From an uncultured Candidatus Rokubacteria bacterium (lineage in GTDB: Bacteria > Methylomirabilota > Methylomirabilia > Rokubacteriales > CSP1-6), in NCBI GenBank assembly GCA_963762145.1, contig CAVXJS010000021.1, positions 928,001 through 992,000 of the forward strand: a stretch of 64,000 nucleotides of DNA, given 5' to 3'. A program made the translations under genes and the position numbers. The notes under the pieces were generated by a model. It saw only the letters and a program-made list of their open reading frames with translations, was not told where the DNA came from and searched no databases. Positions 49,476 through 60,414 of this stretch are shown here, piece by piece (within the stretch, counting starts at the first letter, position 1; each line of letters opens with the position of its first letter).

Positions 49476-50427
49476 TCACTGGTACCGGATGCGCGGGTCG
49501 AGCCACGCGTAGGTGAGATCCACCAGCAGGTTCAGCGTGACCAGCGTGCCCGCCACCAGCATCACGTTGGTCTGCACCACCGGGTAGTCGCGGAAGAGGA
49601 TCGCCTCCACGGTCAGCCGGCCCATGCCGGGCAGCGCGAAGATCGTCTCCACGATCACGGTGCCGGCCAGCAGCACCCCGAGCTGGCCGCCGACGATGGT
49701 CACCACCGGGATCAGCGCGTTCTTGAGCGCGTGCTTGTAGACCACGATGCGGCCCTCGAGCCCCTTGGCCCAGGCGGTGCGCACGTAGTCCTCGCGCAGA
49801 ACCTCGAGAACGGTTGAACGAGTCATTCTCATAGTCGCGGCGGAGAGGCGGAAGCCGAGCACCGCGGCGGGCAGCAGGAACTGCTGGAGGTTGCGGAGCG
49901 GCGACTCCCAGAAGCTCACGTAGCCGATCGCGGGAATCCAGTGGAACCAGATCGCGGCGAACGTGATGACGAGCGTGCCCAGCCAGAAGTCGGGCAGCGA
50001 CAGGCCCGACACCGCCACCACCCGCCCCACGTAGTCGGACGCGGTGTCCTGCCGCGTGGCCGACAGGACGCCGATCGGGATGGCGACGACCAGCCCGAGG
50101 ATCATCGCGAGCGCGGCGAGCTCGAGGGTGACCGGGATCGCCTTGGCCAGGCTGGTGGTGATGGGCTCGCCGGTGAAGATGCGAGTCGCCGGGATGGAGG
50201 CTCACCATCTGCCAGAGCCAGATCAGGTACTGCTCGTAGTACGGCAGGTCGAGGCCGAGGTCGACCCGGAGCTTCTGCAGCTCCTTCTCGCCGATGTTGC
50301 CGGACTCGCCCATGAGGGCGGTGAGCGCGTCCCCCGGCATGACGCGCATCAGCCCGAAGACGATCAGCGAGGACAGCAGGAGCACCGGCACCGCCAGCAT
50401 GAACCGGCGGAGCGTGTACTTGTACAT
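49476..50427 (-). CDS. Peptide ABC permease (OppB-like; frameshift near 50185)
   Basis: LGLDLP..EQY, EDYVRTAWAKGL, HALKNAL, LDPRI. Confidence 0.92.
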
Positions 50428-50451
50428 CGCGCGCGGCCTCTCCCGCGCCCC

Positions 50452-52149
50452 CTACTTCTCCAGCCAGACCCGCGAGATGGTGGAGGAGCCGTAGCCGTCG
50501 GTGCGCCGGAGGGCGGCCGCGGCCCCGTTGCGCACGTGCGGCTGGAAGACCAGGAACCCGTTGTCGTAGGGCATCCACATCCGCAGCACCTGGTCGAACT
50601 CCCGATCGACGATCTTCTTGGTGAGGGCGCGCTGATCGGCCTGTCCCGGCGTCTGGCGCAGCTTGGTGGTCAGCTCGTCGATGACCGGATCGGCGACGCG
50701 GAAGAAGTTCTTCGTCGACTTCGAGTGCATGTACTGGTAGGTCCGCTCGTCGAGACCGATCGCGTGGCCGGACTGGAAGCCCCACGCCATGCCGTCCCAC
50801 TTGCTCTCGACGTAACGCCCGTAGTAGGTCGTGTAGTCGAGCTTGGTGATCTTGACGTTGATGTTGAGGTTGCGCTTGAGATCCTGCTGCACGAGCTGCA
50901 CCTGCGAGGTCATCTGCGGGAAGTACTCGTAGTAGAACAGGGTGGTCTCGAAGCCGTTCGGGTGCCCGGCCTCGGCCAGGAGCTTCTTGGCCTCCGCGGG
51001 GCGGTACTGCCACCACGGGCCGAGCTCGGCCAGCGGTGGGCGGCTTGTCCTGGTAGTAGATGTACGGGTACGCCCCAGCCGAGGATGCCGTGCCCCTCGA
51101 AGATGGTGTCCACCTGCTTCTGCCGGTCGATCGCCATCGAGAGCGCCCGGCGCACGCGCACGTCGTTGAAGGGCGGCTTGTCCTGGGCCAGCGCCATGCC
51201 GAACGGGGTCAGGGTGTTGTGGTACGACTGCACGATCGCGCTCGGCGTTCGTCTTGCGGACGCGTCTCCACCTCGGAGGGGCTCGCGAGCCAGATGAAGT
51301 CGCTCTGCCCGGTTCGGAACGCGGCCATCCGGGTCGCCGCGTCCGGGGTCGAGAGGATCACGTACTCGTCCACGTACGGGCGGCCCTTGTCCCAGTAGTC
51401 CGGATTGCGCGTCGAGCACCACCCGGACCTTCCGGTTGTGCTCCTTCAGGATGAACGGGCCGGTCCCGATCATGCGCTTCTTGAGATCGCCGTCCTCCTC
51501 CAGCACCTCGCGGGAGAAGATCACCGTGATCGGCTCCGCCACGTTCTGCGGGAAGAGCACGTTGGGGGTCTTGAGGTGGATGCGGACGGTGTGCTTGTCC
51601 GGCGTCTCGATGCCCTCGACCTCCTGGAAGGTGAAGGACTGCGCCCCTTCCTTCGCGTAGGCCTCGAGGCAGTACTTGACGTCGGCGGCCACGAACTCGC
51701 GCCCGTTGAGCGGCGCCACGTTGTGCCACTTCACGCCCTGGCGCAGCTTGAAGGTCCACACGCGGGCGTCGGGGGTCGACGTCCACGACTCCGCGAGGTC
51801 GCCCTTGAGGCTCATGTCGGAGGGGCCGGTCACCTCGTCCGGGAACGCGTAGCGGACCAGCCGGCTGCCGACGAGGCCCGCGAACTGGTAGAGGCCGACC
51901 GACTGGGTCAGTCGCGGATCCATCACCGGCGGATCCCAGGCGGAGGCGCGGGTCAGCAGTCCCGCCCCGCTTGGGCGGCTTGGGGCTGGCCGGGATCCAG
52001 TCCGGATGCGCAGCCCCCGCCTGGGCGAGGGCGCGCCGGCGGCCGGGGCCAGCGACGAGGGCGGTGGCGCCCAAGCCGGTCCATCCAGCACGCGTGAGGA
52101 ATTGACGGCGGTTGAGCCGGTTACGCTGGCCGGGGCGATCGAAGGGCAT
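50452..52149 (-). CDS. Tat-exported peptide ABC substrate-binding protein (several frameshifts)
   Basis: NRRQFL Tat motif; GDLAESW, LRQGVKWH, IGTGPF, DVRVRRALSMAIDR across frames. Confidence 0.88.
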
Positions 52150-52284
52150 CGCGGCTCTCCTTCTCACGTGGTCGTGAAGGAAAGGACCTCCGAGCGAACT
52201 CGAGCCGATGCGTCATTACACCGGCTCCGAGTGCCCGGGACTATGCCGCACCCCGAGCGTCGAAGTCAAGCTATGCTACCGGCC

Positions 52285-53361
52285 ATGGACTTCGGACTGT
52301 TCTTCCTGATGCAGCGCGACGAGCAATGGAGCGAGCGGGCGGTCTACGACTCGGGTCTCGAGCAGATGCTGGCCGCCGAGGCCCTCGGCTACTCGTCGGT
52401 CTGGATCGCCGAGCACCACTTCAACGACTACGGCCTCTGCCCCGTCCCGCCGGTGCTCGCCGCGTACCTGGCCGCCCGCACCCGCGCGCTCCGCCTCGGC
52501 ATGGGGGTGAGCCTGCTGCCGCTCCATCACCCGGTGGACCTGGCCGAGCAGCTCGCGGTGCTGGACGTGGTGAGCGGCGGCCGGCTCGACGTGGGCATCG
52601 GGCGCGGCGGCACCCTGCAGGACTACCAGACCTTCCAGTCCGACCGCGAGGACAGCCGGGCCCGCGTCGAGGAAGGCATCGCGCTGATCCAGAAGTCGTG
52701 GAGCGGCGAGCCGTTCGACTTCGCGGGACGCTTCCACTCCGCCGAGCGGCTGCACGTGCGCCCGCGCCCGGTGCAGCGGCCGCACCCGCCGCTCTACATC
52801 GCGGCCAACAGCGAGGACAGCGTGCACTCGGCGGCGCGCCTGGGCCTGCCCACGCTCTCCTCGTTCTTCGTGCCGATCGAGGAGCTGCAGCGCCGGCATC
52901 AGCTCTATCGCGAGGAGTCGCGGGCGCTCGGGCGGTCGGAGGGTGAGATCGCGGCGCTCGAGGACCGCGCGTGGGGGATGCGCGTCGTCCACGTCGCGCC
53001 GGACCGCGAGGCCGCCCTCCGCGCGGTCGAGGGCCCGTTCATGGGCTACCAGCGCAAGATGTCCGTCCTGCGCTCCGATTCCAGCGGGGGCAGCGTGCCC
53101 AGCTCGTTCAACCGCTCGCTGCTCCGGCTGCGGACGTTCCCGGAGTACCTCGCGGACGGCTGGGCCCTCATCGGCTCACCCGCCGAGGTGCGCGAGGGCC
53201 TGCAGAAGTACCTCGACGCCACCGGCTACCGGCACGTGCTGCTGCTGATGGCGCTGCCGGGTCTCGACACCGCCCTGGCGATGCGCTCGATGAAGCTCTT
53301 CACCGAGCAGGTGGCGCCCGCGATGGCGCCCGCGAGCCGGCCGGTCGTGACCGGCCGCTGA
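52285..53361 (+). CDS. LLM-class flavin-dependent oxidoreductase (luciferase-like)
   Basis: SVWIAEHHF, PLHHPVDLAEQ, SGGRLDVGIGRG, PRPVQRPHPP. Confidence 0.93.
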   Translation: MDFGLFFLMQRDEQWSERAVYDSGLEQMLAAEALGYSSVWIAEHHFNDYGLCPVPPVLAAYLAARTRALRLGMGVSLLPLHHPVDLAEQLAVLDVVSGGRLDVGIGRGGTLQDYQTFQSDREDSRARVEEGIALIQKSWSGEPFDFAGRFHSAERLHVRPRPVQRPHPPLYIAANSEDSVHSAARLGLPTLSSFFVPIEELQRRHQLYREESRALGRSEGEIAALEDRAWGMRVVHVAPDREAALRAVEGPFMGYQRKMSVLRSDSSGGSVPSSFNRSLLRLRTFPEYLADGWALIGSPAEVREGLQKYLDATGYRHVLLLMALPGLDTALAMRSMKLFTEQVAPAMAPASRPVVTGR

Positions 53362-53383
53362 CCCGCGGGCACCGCGCCCCGGC

Positions 53384-54646
53384 CTAGCCGCCGACCGTCA
53401 CCCCGCTCCGGGGGGCGCCCGCCTCCGCGCCGTTCGTGCTCGCGCGCCCGCGCGACGCCGCCGCGTCCGCCTTCGCGAAGTCGGCCTCGGTGAAGCCGTA
53501 GAGGTGCGCCCCGCCCATCAGGATCTGCGCGGCGGTCTCGCGCGAGCAGCTCTTGAGCACGTTCTCCGACACGTTGGGGAAGTTCGAGTCGAAGTGCGGG
53601 TAGTCGGTGGAGACGCACATCCGGTCGGCGCCGATCAGGCCGGCGGTCGCCTCGATCTCCGGCTCGCTGCCCTCGACCGCGGCCCAGCAGTTGCGGCGGA
53701 AGTACTCCTTCGGGGTCAGGGAGAGGTACGGGCGCGTGCGTGTCGCGATACTGCGGGTAGTCCCACTCGATGCGCGACAGGATGCCGGGCACCCACGAGT
53801 TCTGCGCCTCGAGGAAGCCGACGCGCAGCTTCGGATGGAACTCGAACACGCCGCCGATGATCATGGCGATCAGCGCCTGCTGCATCTCGATCCAGTGGCT
53901 GGCCACGTGGCGGTAGAAGCGGTTCTCGCCGTAGAGCACGTTCATGTGCGAGTTCCACGCGCCGGTGCCCTCGTGGAAGCCCCAGGTGACGTTCAGCTCC
54001 TCGTGCAGGGTGTAGAGCGGATCCCAGTAGTTCGAGTGCCAGTAGTGGCCGTTGACCAGGTTCGGCCGGATGAACGACCCGACCGCGCCCAGCTCGCGCA
54101 CGCAGCGCATGCAGCTCCCGGCAGGCCAGATGCACGTCGTGCACCGGCAGCATCGCCACGAACTTGAGCCGCTCGGGGCTGTAGCCGGCAGAACTCGTGG
54201 ATCCAGTTGTTGTAGGCCTGGCAGAGGGCGAGCGAGAGCTGCGGGTCCATGTTGTCGCGCGCGAGCAGGCTCAGGCCGGTGGTCGGGTAGAGGACCGCGA
54301 TGTCGACGCCCTCGATCGCCATGCCCATCACCTGCGCCTCGGGGTCGTAGTTGCGCTCGATCGCGAAGTCGAGCCGGTTCGTCCCCTGCAGCCGCGAGCC
54401 GGAGAGCGGCTGCGTGCTGTGCGCGCTGGCCGCCCCGCCGCGGCTGCGCTTGCGGTACTGCTGCAGCTCGGCGTCCATCGTGGTGGGCAGCCCGTCGATG
54501 ACGATGGTGCCGCGCTTCGGGCGGCCGTCGGCGCCGATCGGCAGGATCACCCGGTCGCGGAACTTCGGATCCAGGTACCGCTCGAAGAGATCGGGCGGCT
54601 CCATGATGTGCATGTCGGAGTCGACGAAGCGGAGGTTGTCTTTCAT
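53384..54646 (-). CDS. Amidohydrolase_2 family protein (frameshifts)
   Basis: DSDMHIME, AYNNW, FHEG, VGFLEA, STDYPHFD. Confidence 0.9.
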
Positions 54647-54666
54647 GGCTCGGGCCTCCTGTGGTC

Positions 54667-55167
54667 TCAGACCTTGTCGTAGGCCAGGCGCTTCACCTTG
54701 TCCATGTTCCGGCCCTCGATGCGGATGAGGCGCGTCGGCCCGTCCCGGCGCGGGGAGTGGAGATCCCCCTCGTTGTAGACGTGGGCCATGCCGGGCTTCA
54801 GGGGATAGCTCCGGACGTGCCGCACCTTCCCGGGCTTCGCGTCGCTCGCCGGCTCCACGAGGGCCCAGTCGTTCATGAGCGTCTCGCCGCGCGCCTGGCC
54901 GTAGATGGCCCAGGTCGGCCCGTGATCGTGGGGATTGCTCTCGCGCGCGCCCTTGTAGACGTGGGCGAGGATGCAGAAGCCGAGCTGGGGATCCTCGAAG
55001 AGGATCTTCCGCTCCGGCACGTCGTCGCCCAGGTGCTTCGCGACGAAGGCCTCGTCGGTCAGCACCTCCTGGACCAGCGCGCGGACCTTCTCGCGCCCGG
55101 CGGGCCCGGGCTCCGCCGCGAGGATGTCGTGCATCGTGGCCGCGAGCTGCTCGAGGGTGTGTCCCAT
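54667..55167 (-). CDS. Cysteine dioxygenase-like cupin
   Basis: PHDHG..WAIYG and GDLHSP. Confidence 0.75.
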   Translation of the reverse strand: MGHTLEQLAATMHDILAAEPGPAGREKVRALVQEVLTDEAFVAKHLGDDVPERKILFEDPQLGFCILAHVYKGARESNPHDHGPTWAIYGQARGETLMNDWALVEPASDAKPGKVRHVRSYPLKPGMAHVYNEGDLHSPRRDGPTRLIRIEGRNMDKVKRLAYDKV

Positions 55168-55182
55168 GGAGGCCTCCTTGGC

Positions 55183-56166
55183 TTACAGGGTGTTCAGAAA
55201 AGCGATCATCGCGTCGTTGACGTCCTTCGGGCGCTCCTGCTGCGTCCAGTGCCCGCAGCCGGGCAGCATGATCGTCTGCCGCAGCTCGGGGACGAACTGC
55301 TTCAGGTTCGGCAGGAGCTGGTCCATGCCGCGGAAGTGGACCACCAGATCCTGGTCGCCCGCCACGTAGAGCGCGGGCACCGTCACCCGCGCGCCCGCGT
55401 ACGGGGCCAGCAGCTCCCAGTTGCGGTCGATGTTGCGGTACCAGTTGAGCCCGCCGCGAAACCCGGTGCGGGCGAACTCTCCCGCGTAGAACTCCACGTC
55501 GGCCTCGGTCAGCCAGGCCGGCAGCGCGGGCGGCTCCGCCGTGTGGTTCAGGAACCCGCCCGTGCGGGGCACCATGCCAACGGCGGCGGGATTGCCGAGC
55601 CCGCGCGCCCGTCCGCCGGCCCTCGCCCGACCCCGCATAGAGCACGCGGCGGATCGTGCTCCGCACGTCGCGCGAGAGCTCCGCCTCCGCGACGCCCGGC
55701 GTCCTGGAAGTAGAGCTGGTAGAAGATCGCGTCGTCGGTCTGCGGCATCGCGGTGGTCGGCCGCACCGAGCCGCGCGGCCGGAACGGCACGCTGAGCCCG
55801 ATCACCGCGCGGAAGCGGTCGGGGCGCAGGAGCGCGGCGTGCCACGCGACGGGGGCGCCCCAGTCGTGGCCCGCGATCACCGCGGGCCCGCCGCCCAGCG
55901 CGTCCACCAGGCCCACCATGTCGCCGACCAGGTGGAGCAGCGTGTACTGGTCGATCTCGGCGGGCTGGTCGGTCTGGCCGTAGCCCCGCATGTCCGGGGC
56001 CACCGCGTGGAAGCCCGCGGCGGCGAGCGCCGCGAGCTGGTGGCGCCAGGAGTACCACGACTCCGGGAAAGCCGTGGCAGAGGAGCACGAGCGGCCCCTC
56101 GCCCTGCTCGGCCACGTGCATGCGGATGCCGTTCGTCTCCACCGTCCGGTGCCGCACGTCGCTCAT
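55183..56166 (-). CDS. Epoxide hydrolase-like alpha/beta hydrolase (frameshifts near 56065 and 55700)
   Basis: HGFP, APDMRGYG, GHDWGA, LNWYRN, CGHWTQQE. Confidence 0.92.
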   Translation of the reverse strand: MSDVRHRTVETNGIRMHVAEQGEGPLVLLCHGFPGVVVLLAPPARGARRRGLPRGGPGHAGLRPDRPARRDRPVHAAPPGRRHGGPGGRAGRRARGDRGPRLGRPRRVARRAPAPRPLPRGDRAQRAVPAARLGAADHRDAADRRRDLLPALLPGRRASRRRSSRATCGARSAACSMRGRARAGGRARGLGNPAAVGMVPRTGGFLNHTAEPPALPAWLTEADVEFYAGEFARTGFRGGLNWYRNIDRNWELLAPYAGARVTVPALYVAGDQDLVVHFRGMDQLLPNLKQFVPELRQTIMLPGCGHWTQQERPKDVNDAMIAFLNTL

Positions 56167-56185
56167 CGCCCCCTCCGCGGGCCCT

Positions 56186-56195
56186 ATTGTATACT
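56186..56195. promoter_or_regulatory. Overlapping bidirectional -10 elements
   Basis: ATTGTATACT gives TACAAT on the minus strand and TATACT on the plus strand, within a 38-bp divergent spacer. Confidence 0.55.
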
Positions 56196-56204
56196 CCGTT
56201 TCCC

Positions 56205-56780
56205 ATGCCCAGAGTGCGCGAGATCGAGGACGACGGCGGCGACCCGATCCTGAAGGACGTGTTCGCCCGGGAGCGGGAGATCTTCGGCGGGCTCCTGAAC
56301 ACCACCAAGGTCTTCGCGCACTGCCCGCCCATCATGAAGGCGGCCAAGCAGCTCGGGGCCGCCATCGAGAAGTCCGGGCGGCTCCCCGCCGCGCTGCTGC
56401 CGCTGATCTATCTCCGCGTCGCCCTGATCAACGGCTGTCCCTTCTGAATCGACATCAATGCATCCCGTGGGATGCAGGCGGGGGCGGACGAGGACAAGGT
56501 GCGCGAGATCCCGACCTGGCGCGAGAGCCGGCGCTTCTCGGACGCCGAGCGCGTGGCCTTCGAGTACGCGGAGGCCATGACCATCACCGGCCAGCGGGTG
56601 AGCGACGAGCTGTTCGCGCGCCTCAAGGGCTGCTTCGACGAGGCCCAGATCGTCGAGCTCACCGCCGCGGTGGCGCTCGAGAACTTCCGCAGCAAGTTCA
56701 ACGTCCCGCTCGGGATCGAGGCGCAGGGCTTCTGTGCCCTTCCCGGGCTGCAGCCAGAGAGCCCGGCCCATCCGGCATAG
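56205..56780 (+). CDS. AhpD/carboxymuconolactone decarboxylase-family protein, probable selenoprotein (UGA at 56445-56447)
   Basis: LRVALINGCPF-UGA-IDINAS continues in frame into FSDAERVAFEYAEAMT...FDEAQIVELTAAVALENFRSKFN. CxxU motif. Confidence 0.9.
56459..56476 (+). promoter_or_regulatory. SECIS-like hairpin
   Basis: UGCAUCC-[CGUG]-GGAUGCA, a perfect 7-bp stem; the loop starts 18 nt after the UGA and has G at its second position. Confidence 0.75.
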
Positions 56781-56796
56781 GGTCGCCGCGCCCCCG

Positions 56797-57576
<780 letters not shown>

Positions 57577-57580
<4 letters not shown>

Positions 57581-58283
57581 GCCTGTCAGCGTCGAGGGCG
57601 TCAGCGCGGGCTACGAGCAGATGGAGATCCTGCACGACGTCTCGATCGAGGTCCGGCCCGGCGAGATCGTGACGCTCATCGGGCCCGAACGGCGCCGGCA
57701 AGTCGACGCTGATGAAGACGGTGTTCGGCCTGCTGCGCCCGCCGCCGCGGCTCGATCCGGCTCGACGGCGACGACATCACCGGCCTGCGCCCCGAGCCTG
57801 CTCGTGCGCCGCGGGCTGTCGTACGTGCCGCAGGTCGACAACGTGTTCCCCTCGCTGACCGTCGACGAGAACCTCGAGATGGGCGCGGTGGTTCGCACCG
57901 ACGACATTCGCGCGCGGCTCGAGGACGTGCTGGCCCTCTTTCCCGGCCTGCGGCCCAAGCGGCGCCTCAAGGCGGGCGGGCTGTCGGGCGGCGAGCGCCA
58001 GATGGTGGCGATGGCCGGGCCCTGATGCTGGACCCGCACGCTGCTGCTGCTCGACGAGCCGTCGGCGGGACTGTCTCCCCTCCTCGTCGACAGCGTGTTC
58101 GAGAAGATCGAGGTCGATCAACCGAGCGGCGTGGCCATCCTGCTCGTCGAGCAGAACGCGCGCGAGGCCCTGAGGCGCTCGCACCGGGGATACGTCCTCG
58201 CGGGCGGCCAGGTGCGGCTCGAAGGGGCCGGCCCCGCGCTCCTCGAGAATCCGGAGGTGGGACGCCTTTACCTCGGTGGATAG
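57577..58283 (+). CDS. livF: Branched-chain amino acid ABC ATPase (LivF-like; frameshifts)
   Basis: NGAGKST, YVPQ..NVFPSLTV.ENL, LSGGERQM, LLDEPSAGLSP, LLVEQN, YLGG. Confidence 0.85.
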
Positions 58284-58324
58284 GTGTGGCAAGATGCGGC
58301 CCTGAAAATCCCCAGGAGGCCACG

Positions 58325-59546
58325 ATGACGCTGAATCGACGTCAGTTCCTCGCCACCGGGCTCGCCGGCGGCGCCGCCGCGCTGGTGGGCGGCCGCGCGC
58401 ACGCCCAGCCGGAGGCGCTCCGCATCGGCGTCCTGACGCCGCTCACCGGCGGCGGCGCCGTGTACGGCACCACCATGTCCCACATGTACGCGCTCGTCGC
58501 CGACGAGATCAACAAGGCGGGCGGGGTCGGCGGGCAAGCAGATCCAGCTCTTCACCGAGGACGACCAGACCAACCCCGACGCCGGCGTGCGCGGCGCGCG
58601 CAAGCTCGTGGACGTCAATCGCGTGCACGCCATCCTCGGCACCTGGTCGAGCGCGGTCACGCTGGCGGTGGCCCCGATCGCGGTGCAAGCCCGCATCCCG
58701 CAGTTCTGCGTGTCGAGCTCCCCCGCCATCTCGACGTTCAAGGACGACGACTTCCTCTACCGCACCGCGTACTCGCAGGCGGTCATCAGCACCGTGTACG
58801 CGACCACCGCGCAGAAGCTCGGGTACAAGACCGCGGCGCTGCTCATCCTGAACAACCCCTACGGCATCGGCCTCGGGGACAGCTTCCCGGCGAGCTTCGC
58901 CAAGGTGGGCGGCACGGTCACCGGCAAGGTCATCTACAACCCGAGCCAGTCGAGCTACCGCTCCGAGATCCAGCAGGCACTCGCGGGCAAGCCCGACGTC
59001 GTCCTGTTCGGCGGCTACACCCCGGACGGCATCCAGGTCTTCAAGGAGTGGTTCCAGCTCGGCCTCGGCGGCACGTGGATGGGTCCCGGCTTCGCGCTCG
59101 ACCAGAAGTTCATCCAGGGCATCGGCACGCAGGCGGCCGAGGGCATCGTGGTCGTGGAGGGCGCGCCCAATCTACAGTCGTCCGCGTACAAGAACGCGGA
59201 CAAGCTCTACCGCGCGGCCCACGGCGGCCAGGAAGCGGACTTCTTCGCGTCGATGGCGTACGACCACCTGATGGTGATGGCCCTGTCGGTGCTCGCCGGC
59301 AACGGCAACACGGCCGGGGACTCCATCAAGGCCAACATCCGCAAGATCTCGAATCCCCCCGGCAAGGTCGTCGGGAGCTGGGCGGACGCCGCCGCGGCGG
59401 TCAAGGCGGGGGAGAAGGTGAACTACGAGGGCGCGTCCAGCGCGTGCGACTTCGACGACAACGGCGACGTGCAGACCGACTTCGGCGTCTACCGCGTCAA
59501 GGGCGGCAAGTGGGCGCTCGATCGCGTGATCAGTTCGGCGAGCTGA
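58325..59546 (+). CDS. Tat-exported branched-chain amino acid ABC binding protein (frameshift near 58535)
   Basis: NRRQFL, IGVLTPLTG, EDDQT, NYEGASS..DFD..GD. Confidence 0.9.
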
Positions 59547-59553
59547 AGACCAC

Positions 59554-60414
59554 CTGATCGGCGAGTTCGTCCACCTGACCGTCACCGGGCTTCTCGTCGC
59601 GAGCCTGCTCGCGCTGGGAGCGGTGGGCCTGTCGCTCACCTTCGGCATCGCCCGCTTCGCCAACGTGGCGCATCCGGACTTCATGATGCTCGGCGCCTAC
59701 ACCACGTTCGCGTTCAACGTCTTCGCCGGCGTGCCCTTCGGGTGGGCCGCGCTCCTGGGCGTGGCCGCCGCCCTCCTCGTGGGCGTGCCCGTCGCGCGCC
59801 TCGCCTACGACAAGCTGCCGGTGACGGGCACCGTCCAGCTCCTCATCATCTCGATCGGCGTGTCGTTCATCCTGCGGCACGTCGTGCTGTTCGTGTTCGG
59901 CAGCAGCCTGCTCCAGTTCGCGGTGCCGCTGCAGCGGCCCTACGTGTGGGGGCCGGTCCGCCTCACGGTCTATCAGATCGTCACGCTGGTGGTGGCCGCC
60001 GTGCTGGTGCTGGCGGTGCACCTGCTGCTGTCGCGCACGAAGCTGGGTCGCATCCTGCGCGCCATCGCCGACAATCCCGTGCTGTGCGAGATCGCGGGCG
60101 CCGACGTCGACGCGGGCGCGCCTCGCGATGTGGGCGATCGCCATCGGCCTGGCCGCCACCGGCGGCATCCTGTTCGGGCTCAACCTCGTGATCCAGCCGA
60201 ACATGGGCTGGGACCTCGTCATTCCGATCTTCTCCGCCGCCATCCTCGGCGGCATCGGCAACCCCTACGGCGCGATGGCGGGCGCGCTCGTGATCGGCCT
60301 CGCCGGCGAGTGGTCGACGCTGTCATTCCCTCGGCGTACAAGGAGATGATCGCCTTCGTCGCGATGGCGCTCTGCCTCATGTTTCGCCCCCGCGGGCTGT
60401 GGAGCGCGGCGTGA
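59554..60414 (+). CDS. livH: Branched-chain amino acid ABC permease (LivH-like; frameshifts)
   Basis: ANVAHPDFMMLGAY, TKLGR..RAIADN, AAILGGIGNPYGA, RPRGL. Start is uncertain (CTG 59554). Confidence 0.88.
   Translation: MIGEFVHLTVTGLLVASLLALGAVGLSLTFGIARFANVAHPDFMMLGAYTTFAFNVFAGVPFGWAALLGVAAALLVGVPVARLAYDKLPVTGTVQLLIISIGVSFILRHVVLFVFGSSLLQFAVPLQRPYVWGPVRLTVYQIVTLVVAAVLVLAVHLLLSRTKLGRILRAIADNPVLCEIAGADVDAGAPRDVGDRHRPGRHRRHPVRAQPRDPAEHGLGPRHSDLLRRHPRRHRQPLRRDGGRARDRPRRRVVDAVIPSAYKEMIAFVAMALCLMFRPRGLWSAA

Noticed and set aside
47026-50427. 1133-aa ORF as a permease/binding-protein fusion
   Set aside because: It is a frameshift artefact joining the OppB-like N-terminus to the binding protein through off-frame Arg/Pro-rich sequence.
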